A stretch of DNA of 34,506 nucleotides from a virus (taxonomy: Duplodnaviria > Caudoviricetes): IMG/VR virus record IMGVR_UViG_3300012231_000032, positions 1 through 34,506 of that record; one strand, written 5' to 3'. A program made the position numbers and the translations under genes. This document shows, one piece after another, positions 1 to 9,073 of the stretch. The first letter of the stretch is position 1. Each line of letters starts with the position of its first letter. The notes under the pieces were generated by a model, which was not told the origin of the DNA, made no database searches, and saw nothing but the letters and a program-made list of their open reading frames with translations.

Positions 1-1964
1 CCGGGACCACTCTGTGTTAGATTCCCGGCACCATCTACGCGCACGCCGCCATCGTAGCCCAGAAAATTCGTGCTACTGGACGATGCTGGAGATGCCCGGA
101 GTTGTCCAAATAGTCCGATTATATTCACGACTCCAGTAGAGGAGTCCGTGTAGTCGATCTGAACCTTTGAGGTTGTGTCATCCGCAAGACCGCCAAAAAT
201 AACCTTGCCACTCGCGGTAAGAGTGGTCGTTCCTATTGCACCAATGACAGTTAGTGTATTCGTCCCAGTAACAAACTTGAGATTAGCCGAATCTCCCATC
301 CATCCGCCAGTTTGGGCAAATGGAATCCTATCAACCCCGGCGGGGGTGGAATCGGCATGGAACAGGAATAAGCGACGTGTGGCACTTGCGGTGAAGTACA
401 GGAGTCCCGAGACATCGAACTCAAGGCATCCCGCAGTCGGAACTGTCTGAACTGTTCCAGAATCTATCTGAAGTGGGGCAAACGCCGTACTTCCACCAAG
501 CAATTCAAGACGATGCGTAGGGGCACTTGTATCGCCAATACGAAGCTTATCTCCACGAAACAAGGCAACAGTCCCATCGAAGTTGGGGAGTGTTATCGTC
601 CTAGTTGTTGCGGTGGTAATCCCACTCGCCTCGAACGCCATCTTCTTTGAAGTGTCTGCATTATCAATAACCCTAAAGGTATCATCGGGAAACTCTGTCG
701 AGGTACCGGCAACAGTGACCCACGATGGCGGAGTACCTGTGCCATTCGACTGCAGCAACTGAGTTGATGTCCCAACCCCATTCGCAACAACTAGCGTTCC
801 GTCCCAATCACGTACAGTAGCGGTTCTAGTCGTCGCCGTCGTAAGGCCGTCTACCTCAAACTGAACGATCTTCGTCGCATCGCCAGACCCTATGATCTTG
901 AACCCACTGTCCACAAAAGACAGACTAGAAATTGAGGAGGACCAGGTGGGGCCATGGGTCGTTACTGTTGTCCCAACAGAGTTACCCACAAGTGCGGTAT
1001 CTACGGTAAGGGTTGTAGCTGTGACGGCGGTAATATGGGTACCCTCATCTACACAGATTGAGGCACTTGTGCCCCCAATAACCCGCATCCCAACCCTCGT
1101 TTTCGTTACATCGAACACCCCCGTAATGGCAAATCCGCCTGCTGACCAGGTACACCCGGCAACTGTCTCTCCTACATTGTATTGAAGCAGGGTTCCATTC
1201 GATCCTGCCGGGAGCATTTCCATCTCAGTTCCACCACTATTTCCATACGGAACAGACCCTGGGGTGAAGGGGGCAGTAATGCTCGCATGCAACATCATAA
1301 ACGTATGTCGATCTGTGGTTGGAACAGTTAGATCAAGTGATGGTAGCCATAGTGTGGGGGTCTGATTCGGCGTGGGTGGTCCAGAGGATACCGGAAAACC
1401 CGTATTCGGCTTGATAAAGAATTGTTGAAGCGTATTGTTTGAGTTGATAAAGATGTTCCTGGCAGCCGCCGTCCCCACATAAATCGACCCCGCCGTTATC
1501 GTCTTGTTTGTTACAGTTTGACTTCCCTCGGCAGTAAGAAAGGTAAAGGTATCGGTAGCAGAACCTGTGATCGAGGGGAAAATCCACTTACGGACGATGT
1601 TCGTTCCTGCAACTGCATCGGGCTGGAAGTACACCGTATGGGTTATTGCTTGCAACCCCAAAGTATTCGACCCCTGAATCGTAATCCCACGATATTCGGA
1701 ATCATTCAGGACAGTCGCTTCAGATTGTGACTTCCCGCTAAAAATCACCGTTCCTTGAGCCCGTTGATAGGGCAGACGACCAGGAAGATATAGGAACAAG
1801 TTGAGGTCGATTTGGGTCGCAGGAGTACCTTGGGGGAATACGGGAATTCGCGCTGCGAATGGCGTGAGTTGCCGAAGGAACCGATCCACCTGAAGAAGCT
1901 CGTTCTTCAACATGGGATCAAGCGTCGGAGCAAGCCGCATGGGCCGGTAGTTCATCATCGACAT
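1..1964 (-). CDS. Tail fibre / receptor-binding protein, partial (>654 aa, runs off the left edge; absent from the ORF track)
   Basis: ATG at 1964, just after the nozzle stop. Manual translation (MSMMNYRPMRLAPTLDP...GAGNLTQSGP) found no stop down to base 1. G/T/S-rich, with fibre-type repeats FVDSGFKIIGSGDATKIVQFEVDGLTTATTRT and FPDDTFRVIDNADTSKKMAFEASGITTATTRT. Confidence 0.8.
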   Translation of the reverse strand, partial: MSMMNYRPMRLAPTLDPMLKNELLQVDRFLRQLTPFAARIPVFPQGTPATQIDLNLFLYLPGRLPYQRAQGTVIFSGKSQSEATVLNDSEYRGITIQGSNTLGLQAITHTVYFQPDAVAGTNIVRKWIFPSITGSATDTFTFLTAEGSQTVTNKTITAGSIYVGTAAARNIFINSNNTLQQFFIKPNTGFPVSSGPPTPNQTPTLWLPSLDLTVPTTDRHTFMMLHASITAPFTPGSVPYGNSGGTEMEMLPAGSNGTLLQYNVGETVAGCTWSAGGFAITGVFDVTKTRVGMRVIGGTSASICVDEGTHITAVTATTLTVDTALVGNSVGTTVTTHGPTWSSSISSLSFVDSGFKIIGSGDATKIVQFEVDGLTTATTRTATVRDWDGTLVVANGVGTSTQLLQSNGTGTPPSWVTVAGTSTEFPDDTFRVIDNADTSKKMAFEASGITTATTRTITLPNFDGTVALFRGDKLRIGDTSAPTHRLELLGGSTAFAPLQIDSGTVQTVPTAGCLEFDVSGLLYFTASATRRLFLFHADSTPAGVDRIPFAQTGGWMGDSANLKFVTGTNTLTVIGAIGTTTLTASGKVIFGGLADDTTSKVQIDYTDSSTGVVNIIGLFGQLRASPASSSSTNFLGYDGGVRVDGAGNLTQSGP
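565..920 (-). repeat. Two ~43-aa protein-level repeats in the tail fibre (about 790-920 and 565-693)
   Basis: The pattern F.D..F..I...D..K...FE..G.TTATTRT.T....DGT occurs twice in frame. Confidence 0.8.
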
Positions 1965-1966
1965 GG

Positions 1967-4465
1967 TTATCGCTCCGGCAAACCTGTGCCCGCTACATCC
2001 ATCACAATTTGACTAAGTTGGACACCATTACCAGCATCGGCTCCAGGTTCCGTAAATCCGAACTGGATTGACTCAAAGTTATGATGAAAATAGAGCCGGG
2101 CAAGTCCGGCATTCGCTGTCGTGAAGGACTTGGCAGCCTGTGTAGCCTGGGCATCATCCTTGTACCGTGTGTAGGGAGTAACCGATACTGAGCTAGAGGG
2201 CGAAGTATGGGCTCCATGCCGAACAAATAGACTTTCAATCGAAGCGGTGGAGCCGGGGGCTCCGGGGTAGATTTCCCGCGTCTTCACCGCAAACGGGATG
2301 GTTCCTCCCGCTGCGTGGGTAAAGCCACGATCCTCGACATACACAAACCCACCGGATTGCCCCGTTAAGAGCACATCGTTCCCAGCTAACCGAGCATTCA
2401 CCGCAGCATACGCAGCCACATCAATCGGTCCCGTTGCCTTGCAAGTTCCATCCTCGTTCCGATGATCTCGGCTGTAATGGAACACCATTGCCTTCGTATT
2501 CGTTGTCTGACCGGGCGGGGTGTAGTAGAACCAGAGTTGCTGAAGAAGGGGATAGTCTACTAAGATTGAACTTTGGAGGTAGTTCGTAGCCCCCGCTGCA
2601 ACCGGAAGCCGCACAGTAGTCGCCCAATCAAGATCATTATTCAAGGGGAAAGTCTGGAACCCATCCGTGTACCGAGGCCCCGCATGGCTGATGTATGCCA
2701 AATAGAGCGGACCCCCCTCGGGGGAGAACAGGCATGCGGCTTGAGTTCCTACAATTCCTTCCGTCTCCGAAATGGACTCATAAGACCGCCCACGGTCGAA
2801 CTCCGCATCGGACTCACGGGGGAGGTAGTTAACTCGGTAGAGTTGCTGCCGAAGTCCCACAAGAAGCTTATTCCCTAACCGTCTGATGTACGTCACAACA
2901 TCTTGGACCTTGGACTCGAAGTTCAAGAAGTAAATCGAGGGGAAGGACTCAATATTGTCTGGTAAGGAGTACCGGATAATCGACTGATCTGTCACATCGT
3001 TGAGGACAAGTTGGCCCTCGAACATATCTCCCGTGCTAGAGACTGGCGGCGGGCCATCTGCCCCATAGCTAGTCGTAATGCCAGCTACATTAACATTCAC
3101 AGTTCGGAAGGGGGTACCGGCTAGGTTGACTGAGGGAGAAGTTGAGCCAGAGATGAATTGAAACACCTTTACCTGTACATAGTCTATGTAAAGATCAGCA
3201 GGGCTCGCTCCAGCATTCCTACCAAGTCCATACCTAACCCGGACTCGGAAATTAGTATCGTTTAACTCCGTGGACGACCATGCAGACTTATCCCACAGAC
3301 TCTTCAGCGAACCCGCAGAGGCAACCACAAAACTGGTGATAGCTCCAGGAATTTGAGTAGCCTCAATATACGCAGCAGTAGTCGGGTAGAAGGTAGCTCC
3401 ATTGTCCCCAGAGATTTGGAGGAAGACAACCGGGCTTGCCTTCAGAATGTTGTATGTCGGAATGCGGAGGGAGACAAAGACCTCTATACCAGTGACGGTT
3501 CCTGTGATCCCCGTGATTCCAAATGTCTGATAGTCCTGGGTAGCTCCGTCGGTAATAGTCCTAGTTCCAACATTATCCTCTGCATGTGCATTATTGGGAG
3601 TGACCCACCCCGCAACAATCGTTGTATTTGTAGTCGGAAATCTCGCCGCAGCAATCCCCGTGTTCCCCACAATAGCAGTTGTATTCTCAATATTCTGCTC
3701 AATCACAAGCCGGAAATCTGCATAGATGGGGGCTGGAAATGGGTTGTCAGTAGGCCCGGCCATGTAGATTCGCCATTTCGTCGCAGCCGCATTCACCAGC
3801 GGTGGGCGAGTGATAGAGTACGCTTGGCTGGAGGGAGTAGTTAATGCGGTGGAGGCTGTAGCTGGGGGACCGAGGAAGGTACTCTCGATGGGAGGATTAA
3901 CCCCATCATCTAGCACTTCCGTGGTTAGAAAGTGGAAGAATCCAGTTCCAAGGGCCGCATTGAAATTGCCTGCTACTATAGAGGGAGCACTTGACTCAGC
4001 CCCGCTGGGGAGCCTCGGGACCGGATTCATCCCATGCTGGCGGGCCGTATTGTTGTAATTGAAAAGCTTGTTTCCATCGGTTCCCAGAAGCAGCACATAC
4101 CTATTGTTATTGTGAACCGCATCTAGAGTTGCACCTGCACCAGCATCCGTCAGTGAGGCTGGGAGGGCGAAAGTCCCCGTCTCATCCGAGAATACAGATG
4201 TCTGGATATCATTCGCAGTCAGAGCAAGGAGGAAGTTGTTCCCAGTATCGAACTCACAGTAACGGAGTCCAACTACGTTCCCTGCCCCAGTGATAGCGAC
4301 AGAGTTGTATTTCGTCCGACCCTTTACCTTGTAGATTGCGGGGTCATTTGGAAGATAAACAGCATTGTTCGCGAGCGCAAGCTGCCCAGGCTTGAGGGTG
4401 GAAATGTCCTGGCCAGTGACCAGTCCACCGTCAAGGAGTTCAGCAAGTGTCTGGGTTTCAGCCAC
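1967..4465 (-). CDS. Tail nozzle / tubular protein B-like (packaged-DNA stabilisation) with an inserted beta-sandwich domain
   Basis: 832 aa, beta-rich, directly after the adaptor. N-terminal GGL..G.D...L.PGQ...ANN and C-terminal F.VKTR.I motifs resemble P22 gp10 / T7 gp12-like nozzles. Confidence 0.65.
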   Translation of the reverse strand: MAETQTLAELLDGGLVTGQDISTLKPGQLALANNAVYLPNDPAIYKVKGRTKYNSVAITGAGNVVGLRYCEFDTGNNFLLALTANDIQTSVFSDETGTFALPASLTDAGAGATLDAVHNNNRYVLLLGTDGNKLFNYNNTARQHGMNPVPRLPSGAESSAPSIVAGNFNAALGTGFFHFLTTEVLDDGVNPPIESTFLGPPATASTALTTPSSQAYSITRPPLVNAAATKWRIYMAGPTDNPFPAPIYADFRLVIEQNIENTTAIVGNTGIAAARFPTTNTTIVAGWVTPNNAHAEDNVGTRTITDGATQDYQTFGITGITGTVTGIEVFVSLRIPTYNILKASPVVFLQISGDNGATFYPTTAAYIEATQIPGAITSFVVASAGSLKSLWDKSAWSSTELNDTNFRVRVRYGLGRNAGASPADLYIDYVQVKVFQFISGSTSPSVNLAGTPFRTVNVNVAGITTSYGADGPPPVSSTGDMFEGQLVLNDVTDQSIIRYSLPDNIESFPSIYFLNFESKVQDVVTYIRRLGNKLLVGLRQQLYRVNYLPRESDAEFDRGRSYESISETEGIVGTQAACLFSPEGGPLYLAYISHAGPRYTDGFQTFPLNNDLDWATTVRLPVAAGATNYLQSSILVDYPLLQQLWFYYTPPGQTTNTKAMVFHYSRDHRNEDGTCKATGPIDVAAYAAVNARLAGNDVLLTGQSGGFVYVEDRGFTHAAGGTIPFAVKTREIYPGAPGSTASIESLFVRHGAHTSPSSSVSVTPYTRYKDDAQATQAAKSFTTANAGLARLYFHHNFESIQFGFTEPGADAGNGVQLSQIVMDVAGTGLPER

Positions 4466-5389
4466 CTAGAGCATCTCCCAATTGATGCTGTCGCTATCCA
4501 GCATCCTGGGGTAGGCGTGTTCGATAAGGGGAATCAGGGCGAAGTCACGGTCCTCAGAGCCTTGCTCATCGTCCGCTTTGCAGAGTGTGAAGTTCCTCTC
4601 CGCCCGCTCCTTGGCTTCCCCCAACCTTGCTGTTTCAGAATCATGGTTCATAAGATAGAAGTATCTGGCAAGTTCAAGCAAACCCGCCCGGAGGTATCTA
4701 TCCGGTGCGTCGATGAAGTCTCCGTCAGCAGATGGCTCCGCAATGGGGCGATAGTAACGAACCCGGAGGACATCCGTATTCCCTGGTATAGGGAAGAGAC
4801 GAACTTTCCCATTCTGGGTCGTGGTCGAGAAGGAGGCGGTATTGAAGACATTGTAGAAGATGGGGGTGGATTGGTCCTGTTGGTATGCGTAGCCACGGTC
4901 GATCTCCCGTTGCTCCTTGAACTGAAGCGTGCGTTCGTTAGTCGTCAGTCGAGCGGAGTAAGGGCGCTTGATGGGGCTGGGTAGGGCGTAGGTATCCTCT
5001 CCAACAACCACGGGGATGTCTCCCCCGAAGGTAACAGTAGTGCCGACAGTTCCCGAGAGGTTCGCGGAGAGTGTGATCTGGGTCGCGGAATTTACTGTCA
5101 GAACGGTGGTTGATGCCGGAATGTTCGTCCCAGTGATTATAACGCCTGGGTTTACACCTGCAAAACTTCCAGTGGTTGTGACAATTGGCTGGGCTCCAGC
5201 ACCCGTACACCCGGCAACGGAGAATCCCTCCGATGTGTCCATGAGTAGATAGCTCCAATCGCCCCGGAGATTCCACTCAGAGATTGCGGCGAGGATTGCA
5301 TCTCCAGCATCGGAGAGATTGGTAGAGTCAGTCTCCCCCCCAAGAATTCGGGCAACGTATGCCTTAGCATTTGCGTAGGTGATAGACAC
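4466..5389 (-). CDS. Head-tail adaptor / tubular protein A-like
   Basis: 307 aa. Helical N-terminus, G.DTY.LP, VRLFPIP...VLRVRYYR.I and D..DAPD motifs of podoviral adaptors; sits before the nozzle gene. Confidence 0.7.
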   Translation of the reverse strand: MSITYANAKAYVARILGGETDSTNLSDAGDAILAAISEWNLRGDWSYLLMDTSEGFSVAGCTGAGAQPIVTTTGSFAGVNPGVIITGTNIPASTTVLTVNSATQITLSANLSGTVGTTVTFGGDIPVVVGEDTYALPSPIKRPYSARLTTNERTLQFKEQREIDRGYAYQQDQSTPIFYNVFNTASFSTTTQNGKVRLFPIPGNTDVLRVRYYRPIAEPSADGDFIDAPDRYLRAGLLELARYFYLMNHDSETARLGEAKERAERNFTLCKADDEQGSEDRDFALIPLIEHAYPRMLDSDSINWEML

Positions 5390-6645
5390 TAGACCTCCAA
5401 AGCGACCTTCTTGGCGCTTCTAAGCTCTTGGTAGAATTCATAAAGTCCCTTTGAAGTCTGCATGTAGTGCCGATTCTCAATCACCCAGCGCCGAGCATTT
5501 TCGCCCAACTTCCGGCGAAGCTCAGCCTGCTCGATGAGGCTCCCCAATTTCTCCACGAACTCTTTCGGATTGTTGTACAGAAGCCCGGTCTCCCCATCCG
5601 TCATTTCGTCACTGTATGGCGGAACATTCGCTGCAAGGGTCGCTTCCGGCATATATGGCATAGTGGACTCGTACCACTTGATCGCACTCTTGCAGGCATT
5701 GAATTGGTTCTTAACCAAAGGACAGAGGTTGATGTCCGCGTCGATTAGCATCCGCCATGGCTTATATCCCTCGTAATCTACCCATTCGACAAGCTCTAAC
5801 TGATCCTCGGGGATATTGTCATGGACCCACTTGAATGCGGTTCCCCAGATGACGAACTTAGCTTGAGGATACTTAAGTGCAACTTCACGAACCGCATCTC
5901 GCAGAGGAAACCAATCCGGCATGTGGCTCCCGCCCCCCTGCCAGAGAATGCGGATACTCCCATCCTCACGTGGAGCAAGCCTAGCTTGCGGGTAATCTTC
6001 AGGAACGATTGAATTGGGATAGATGTAGACATTGTTACATCCGATGACATCTCGGTAATACTGGGCCAGAGCGGGGGCTGGAACCGTAACTCCGTCCGCC
6101 CGCCGGGCCGTTTCGTGGATACCTCGGATACCCTGGGCATTCCGCGCAACATCGAAGACTTCCCCGCCCCTGGAGGTAATTCGATCCTCCCAAAGCGTGA
6201 TTTCCTCCCCATCTCCCATCGTAGTCTTCAGAACATCTCCCGGCTTTAGAAGCGTTCCATTGTACGCACGGGTGCCGAGGCGGACGAAAGCCTCATTGAA
6301 TGGGTGAACCCAATCGAGGTTGTCGTCAATGTCGAAGATGATCGAAGGGGGATAGATCATCTCGGACTTGTCATCCGAGAGGCCCGGCTTCATCATCTTG
6401 ATTGTGTCAATGGAGGCGTTTATCTCGCGCCCCCCAAGGGCGAAGAAGAGCACAATATCAGCATTCAGAAGGGCGGCGTGCCGGATGTCCGAGGGGGCAT
6501 GGTGACGGTCGATGAAGATGTTAGCTAAGCCATTGTCGTAAAGGCCCCGCAAAGGAGTCCTGATGCGATAGTAACTACATGCACTCTTCTTCGCATGGTC
6601 GAGTGCATACACCCCCATGTTCGCATTTTCGAGAAAATGAGGCAT
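5389..6645 (-). CDS. Glycosyltransferase, GT-B fold (GT4-like)
   Basis: Motifs YYRI..P, IFDIDD, ADGVTV...LA.YY, ILWQGG.SH..D, DINLCPL...FN.CKS.IKWYE, and DGETGLL...EF...L..LI....LR..LGENAR. Confidence 0.85.
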   Translation of the reverse strand: MPHFLENANMGVYALDHAKKSACSYYRIRTPLRGLYDNGLANIFIDRHHAPSDIRHAALLNADIVLFFALGGREINASIDTIKMMKPGLSDDKSEMIYPPSIIFDIDDNLDWVHPFNEAFVRLGTRAYNGTLLKPGDVLKTTMGDGEEITLWEDRITSRGGEVFDVARNAQGIRGIHETARRADGVTVPAPALAQYYRDVIGCNNVYIYPNSIVPEDYPQARLAPREDGSIRILWQGGGSHMPDWFPLRDAVREVALKYPQAKFVIWGTAFKWVHDNIPEDQLELVEWVDYEGYKPWRMLIDADINLCPLVKNQFNACKSAIKWYESTMPYMPEATLAANVPPYSDEMTDGETGLLYNNPKEFVEKLGSLIEQAELRRKLGENARRWVIENRHYMQTSKGLYEFYQELRSAKKVALEV

Positions 6646-6662
6646 CCCTGCCGTCCTTTCTG

Positions 6663-6995
6663 TTAGCCGAGTTTAGTACGGGTATCGTACTCCGGGTGGC
6701 GCTTCAGGAATCGCAATACCTTCTCCTTGTCTCGGAAGAACTCTGGATCAACCGCCTCTATCGCCGCTTTCACGGAATATGGAATTGTAGCGATCCGTTG
6801 GAAGTTCTTCCCAGGAGTAAACCCAGTTCTCTTAGTGAACTCCCCAAGGTGACTCACCTCCGCCTGAAGGGCTTTCATCTCCTGGATTCCCTCAAAGAAC
6901 GTCTTGAATCGTGGGACTCGCTCCTCCAAAACCTCCTGATCCAGCACTTCGTCGAGAAGGTTCTCATCCGCCATGTTCAGACGATAGGTAGCCAT
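6663..6995 (-). CDS. Conserved phage protein of the type found downstream of SU10-type capsids
   Basis: 110 aa; IATIP.SV...D.....RFLK.HPEY.T motif; TAATG coupling to the upstream ORF. Confidence 0.6.
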   Translation of the reverse strand: MATYRLNMADENLLDEVLDQEVLEERVPRFKTFFEGIQEMKALQAEVSHLGEFTKRTGFTPGKNFQRIATIPYSVKAAIEAVDPEFFRDKEKVLRFLKRHPEYDTRTKLG

Positions 6996-7237
6996 TAGTA
7001 ACTCTTCTTCTTCCCTGAGATGACATCCTCAAAGTCGGTGGTTCCTTCTTGGACAGCCCTAGTGATCGTACCCATGTTTCGATACTGCTCCCGGCGAAGG
7101 GCAAGCTGACGAGCGCCAGTTTGGCTTGCAGTGTAACTACCAGCCCCACGCTTCTTACCCTTCGAGATGAACTGCCGCTCCATCTCGTCCAGCATTCCCC
7201 GATGATCCATACGGCCTTTCGGCATCTGACGTGCCAT
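6995..7237 (-). CDS. Hypothetical protein (80 aa, basic)
   Basis: AGGAGG RBS; stop overlaps the next start. Confidence 0.6.
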   Translation of the reverse strand: MARQMPKGRMDHRGMLDEMERQFISKGKKRGAGSYTASQTGARQLALRREQYRNMGTITRAVQEGTTDFEDVISGKKKSY

Positions 7238-7245
7238 GATTCCTC

Positions 7246-7512
7246 CTAGACCTCGTGAGTGTCCTTAAAGCTGGGATTCTTCGCAAACTTCTTCCTAAGT
7301 GCTTTCTGCCGGAAGGGTTTTACAGCTTCCTTTAGTACATAGATGTATCGACTACGGGCAAGAGCTTTCGCCCCCGTATCACGGGCGCTATAGTTGCCCT
7401 CGGTCGCAGTTTTACTTTTCCGCTTCCATGCCTCGGTGTCTGCCACGACTTTCGCGCCCTCCATACTGGAGAAGACACGGCGCTTCTTTCTCTCGTCAGG
7501 TGTATCTCGCAT
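7246..7512 (-). CDS. Hypothetical basic protein (88 aa; start revised from 7590)
   Basis: ATG at 7512 overlaps the TGA of the upstream 53-aa gene (TGATG). Confidence 0.55.
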   Translation of the reverse strand: MRDTPDERKKRRVFSSMEGAKVVADTEAWKRKSKTATEGNYSARDTGAKALARSRYIYVLKEAVKPFRQKALRKKFAKNPSFKDTHEV

Positions 7513-7673
7513 CAGCTTCCTCTTTGAGACCGTCTTGTGGGTCTCACCCGCGTGGGAAGGTGCTTGGTATCGGGGGTCTCGTGAGCCCATTTTTCTGCTG
7601 TTCCCTTGGGGAGTTCTCCTCGGGACTCCATTGCGAAGAATTTTCGCATTTGCTTCTTAGACTTGAATGGCAT
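7512..7673 (-). CDS. Small basic phage protein, 53 aa (MPFKSKKQMRKFFAMESRGELPKGTAEKWAHETP...); absent from the ORF track
   Basis: Fills the gap exactly: ATG just after the upstream stop, TGATG coupling downstream. The MPFKS.KQ N-terminus is a recognisable small-protein pattern of phage structural regions. Confidence 0.7.
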   Translation of the reverse strand: MPFKSKKQMRKFFAMESRGELPKGTAEKWAHETPDTKHLPTRVRPTRRSQRGS

Positions 7674-7675
7674 GG

Positions 7676-7993
7676 CTACCAGCCTCCGCCGGGGGTGGCA
7701 TCCCCCTTGCTGGGAGCAGGGCTGTTAGGCATAGGGGTCTTTCCGACATCCACCGACTTGAATCCGGCATTCCCCTGGGTGTCTTCTCCAGTTGAGGGGG
7801 CGGGATTAAAGTTGGAGAGGCCATATTCCGTGTCGATGGCGTAAGGCTCGCCCTTGCCGTTGAAAAGCTGGAGGTTGTCCGGGTTAGCGAAAGTCTCGGC
7901 CCCCGAGAGAGCCCGGACTGCGGGGTTCATCTGGGAATCATTCCCCAGATTCCGGTATGGACGCTTGCTGCTAGAAGTCATTCCACCTGGCAT
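7676..7993 (-). CDS. Hypothetical protein (105 aa, G/P/N-rich; possible minor head protein)
   Basis: AAGGAGG RBS; follows the capsid gene. Confidence 0.6.
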   Translation of the reverse strand: MPGGMTSSSKRPYRNLGNDSQMNPAVRALSGAETFANPDNLQLFNGKGEPYAIDTEYGLSNFNPAPSTGEDTQGNAGFKSVDVGKTPMPNSPAPSKGDATPGGGW

Positions 7994-8016
7994 TTTCCCC
8001 TCCTTGGGGCTGGTTT

Positions 8017-8042
8017 GAGAGGAGGGCCGAAGCCCTCCCCTC
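8017..8042 (-). terminator. Stable C(UUCG)G hairpin after the capsid gene, with no U-tract
   Basis: Minus strand reads GAGGGGAGGGC-TTCG-GCCCTCCTCTC, followed by AAACC. Confidence 0.55.
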
Positions 8043-8056
8043 TAGCCAGATTGAGC

Positions 8057-9070
8057 CTAGTCGCCCAAGCTCGTCGAACGGTTATTCACGCCACTGACGC
8101 GGAACGAAGCCGCCGGATTAAGCAACTCCAGCGTTACCTCACCCACAATCAAGCCAGCAACCGAGTCGCCTCGCTTGCCAACCAGCGTGTGCTGAACCGG
8201 GCGGAGCCACGCGAGGCGGTTCTTCGCACGTTCGAGGAAGAACATATTCCCCTTGGTGTCGCTCGCAGAAGCCGTCGCCGTACCCGTGTTCGTTGCCTGC
8301 GGAACCCAACGGTCGAGCACGATCTGGATAAGACCGAAATCCGACTCGTAGAGGTCCATTGCAGCCACCAGCTTCTTCTCGACTGCCGCGATGTTCCGAT
8401 TCTGGGAAGTCGCGGTGAAGAGAGAAATCTGGCGCTTGATGCGCGGAGAGACGTAGCATTGCTCGGGATTTCCCCCGTTCAGGTACGCATTCTCTAACGC
8501 ATCATTAAACACCCCAACAGTGATCGCCGAAGCAAATGCCGTCGAGGTTGCAGCGCCACCGAGCGTAATCTTGCCCGAAGTGGCGGTTGCCGTGAGGAAC
8601 GCCTGGAAGTTCTTCATCACACGAGCCGTGTCCGTCGCACCCGTCGTGGTCGTACCCGACGCGGAGAAGACACGAGACTCGATGTTCCGTGCGATTTCCT
8701 TCACAGCCTTGCTTACTTCATAGGAGTAAGCATCTCTGAAGCCAGCAGAGTTAACTGCTCGCTGCGACTCCGACACCGAGATATCCTTGCGGAAAATCTG
8801 GGTGACGTTATTCAGCCGGGTCGGGCGAGTCGTGGCCGTATTGAACGACCAATCGTCACCTTCAACCGCACCTGCCGTAGCTGTCGCAGCAAGAGTGTCA
8901 GTGAGCCACTGATGCGTGATCGCTTCTGCACGAACCTTCGGAGCCTGCGAAACCCACGGAGTATCGAACGGGTCGATATTCGCAATCAGGTCGAGCAAGT
9001 CCTCCCTATTTGCACCCGTTCCAGTACCTAGGCCATAGCCATAAGTACCGATATCACCAGGAGCAGCCAT
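8057..9070 (-). CDS. Major capsid protein (SU10/DUF5309-like, HK97 fold)
   Basis: Motifs NREDL.D.I.NIDP.DTP, HQW.TD.LA, VEGDD, R..NVTQIFRK...VS.S, KEI.R.IE, Y.SDFG...IV.DRW and K.GD....I.GE.TLE..N. Confidence 0.92.
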   Translation of the reverse strand: MAAPGDIGTYGYGLGTGTGANREDLLDLIANIDPFDTPWVSQAPKVRAEAITHQWLTDTLAATATAGAVEGDDWSFNTATTRPTRLNNVTQIFRKDISVSESQRAVNSAGFRDAYSYEVSKAVKEIARNIESRVFSASGTTTTGATDTARVMKNFQAFLTATATSGKITLGGAATSTAFASAITVGVFNDALENAYLNGGNPEQCYVSPRIKRQISLFTATSQNRNIAAVEKKLVAAMDLYESDFGLIQIVLDRWVPQATNTGTATASASDTKGNMFFLERAKNRLAWLRPVQHTLVGKRGDSVAGLIVGEVTLELLNPAASFRVSGVNNRSTSLGD

Positions 9071-9073
9071 GTA

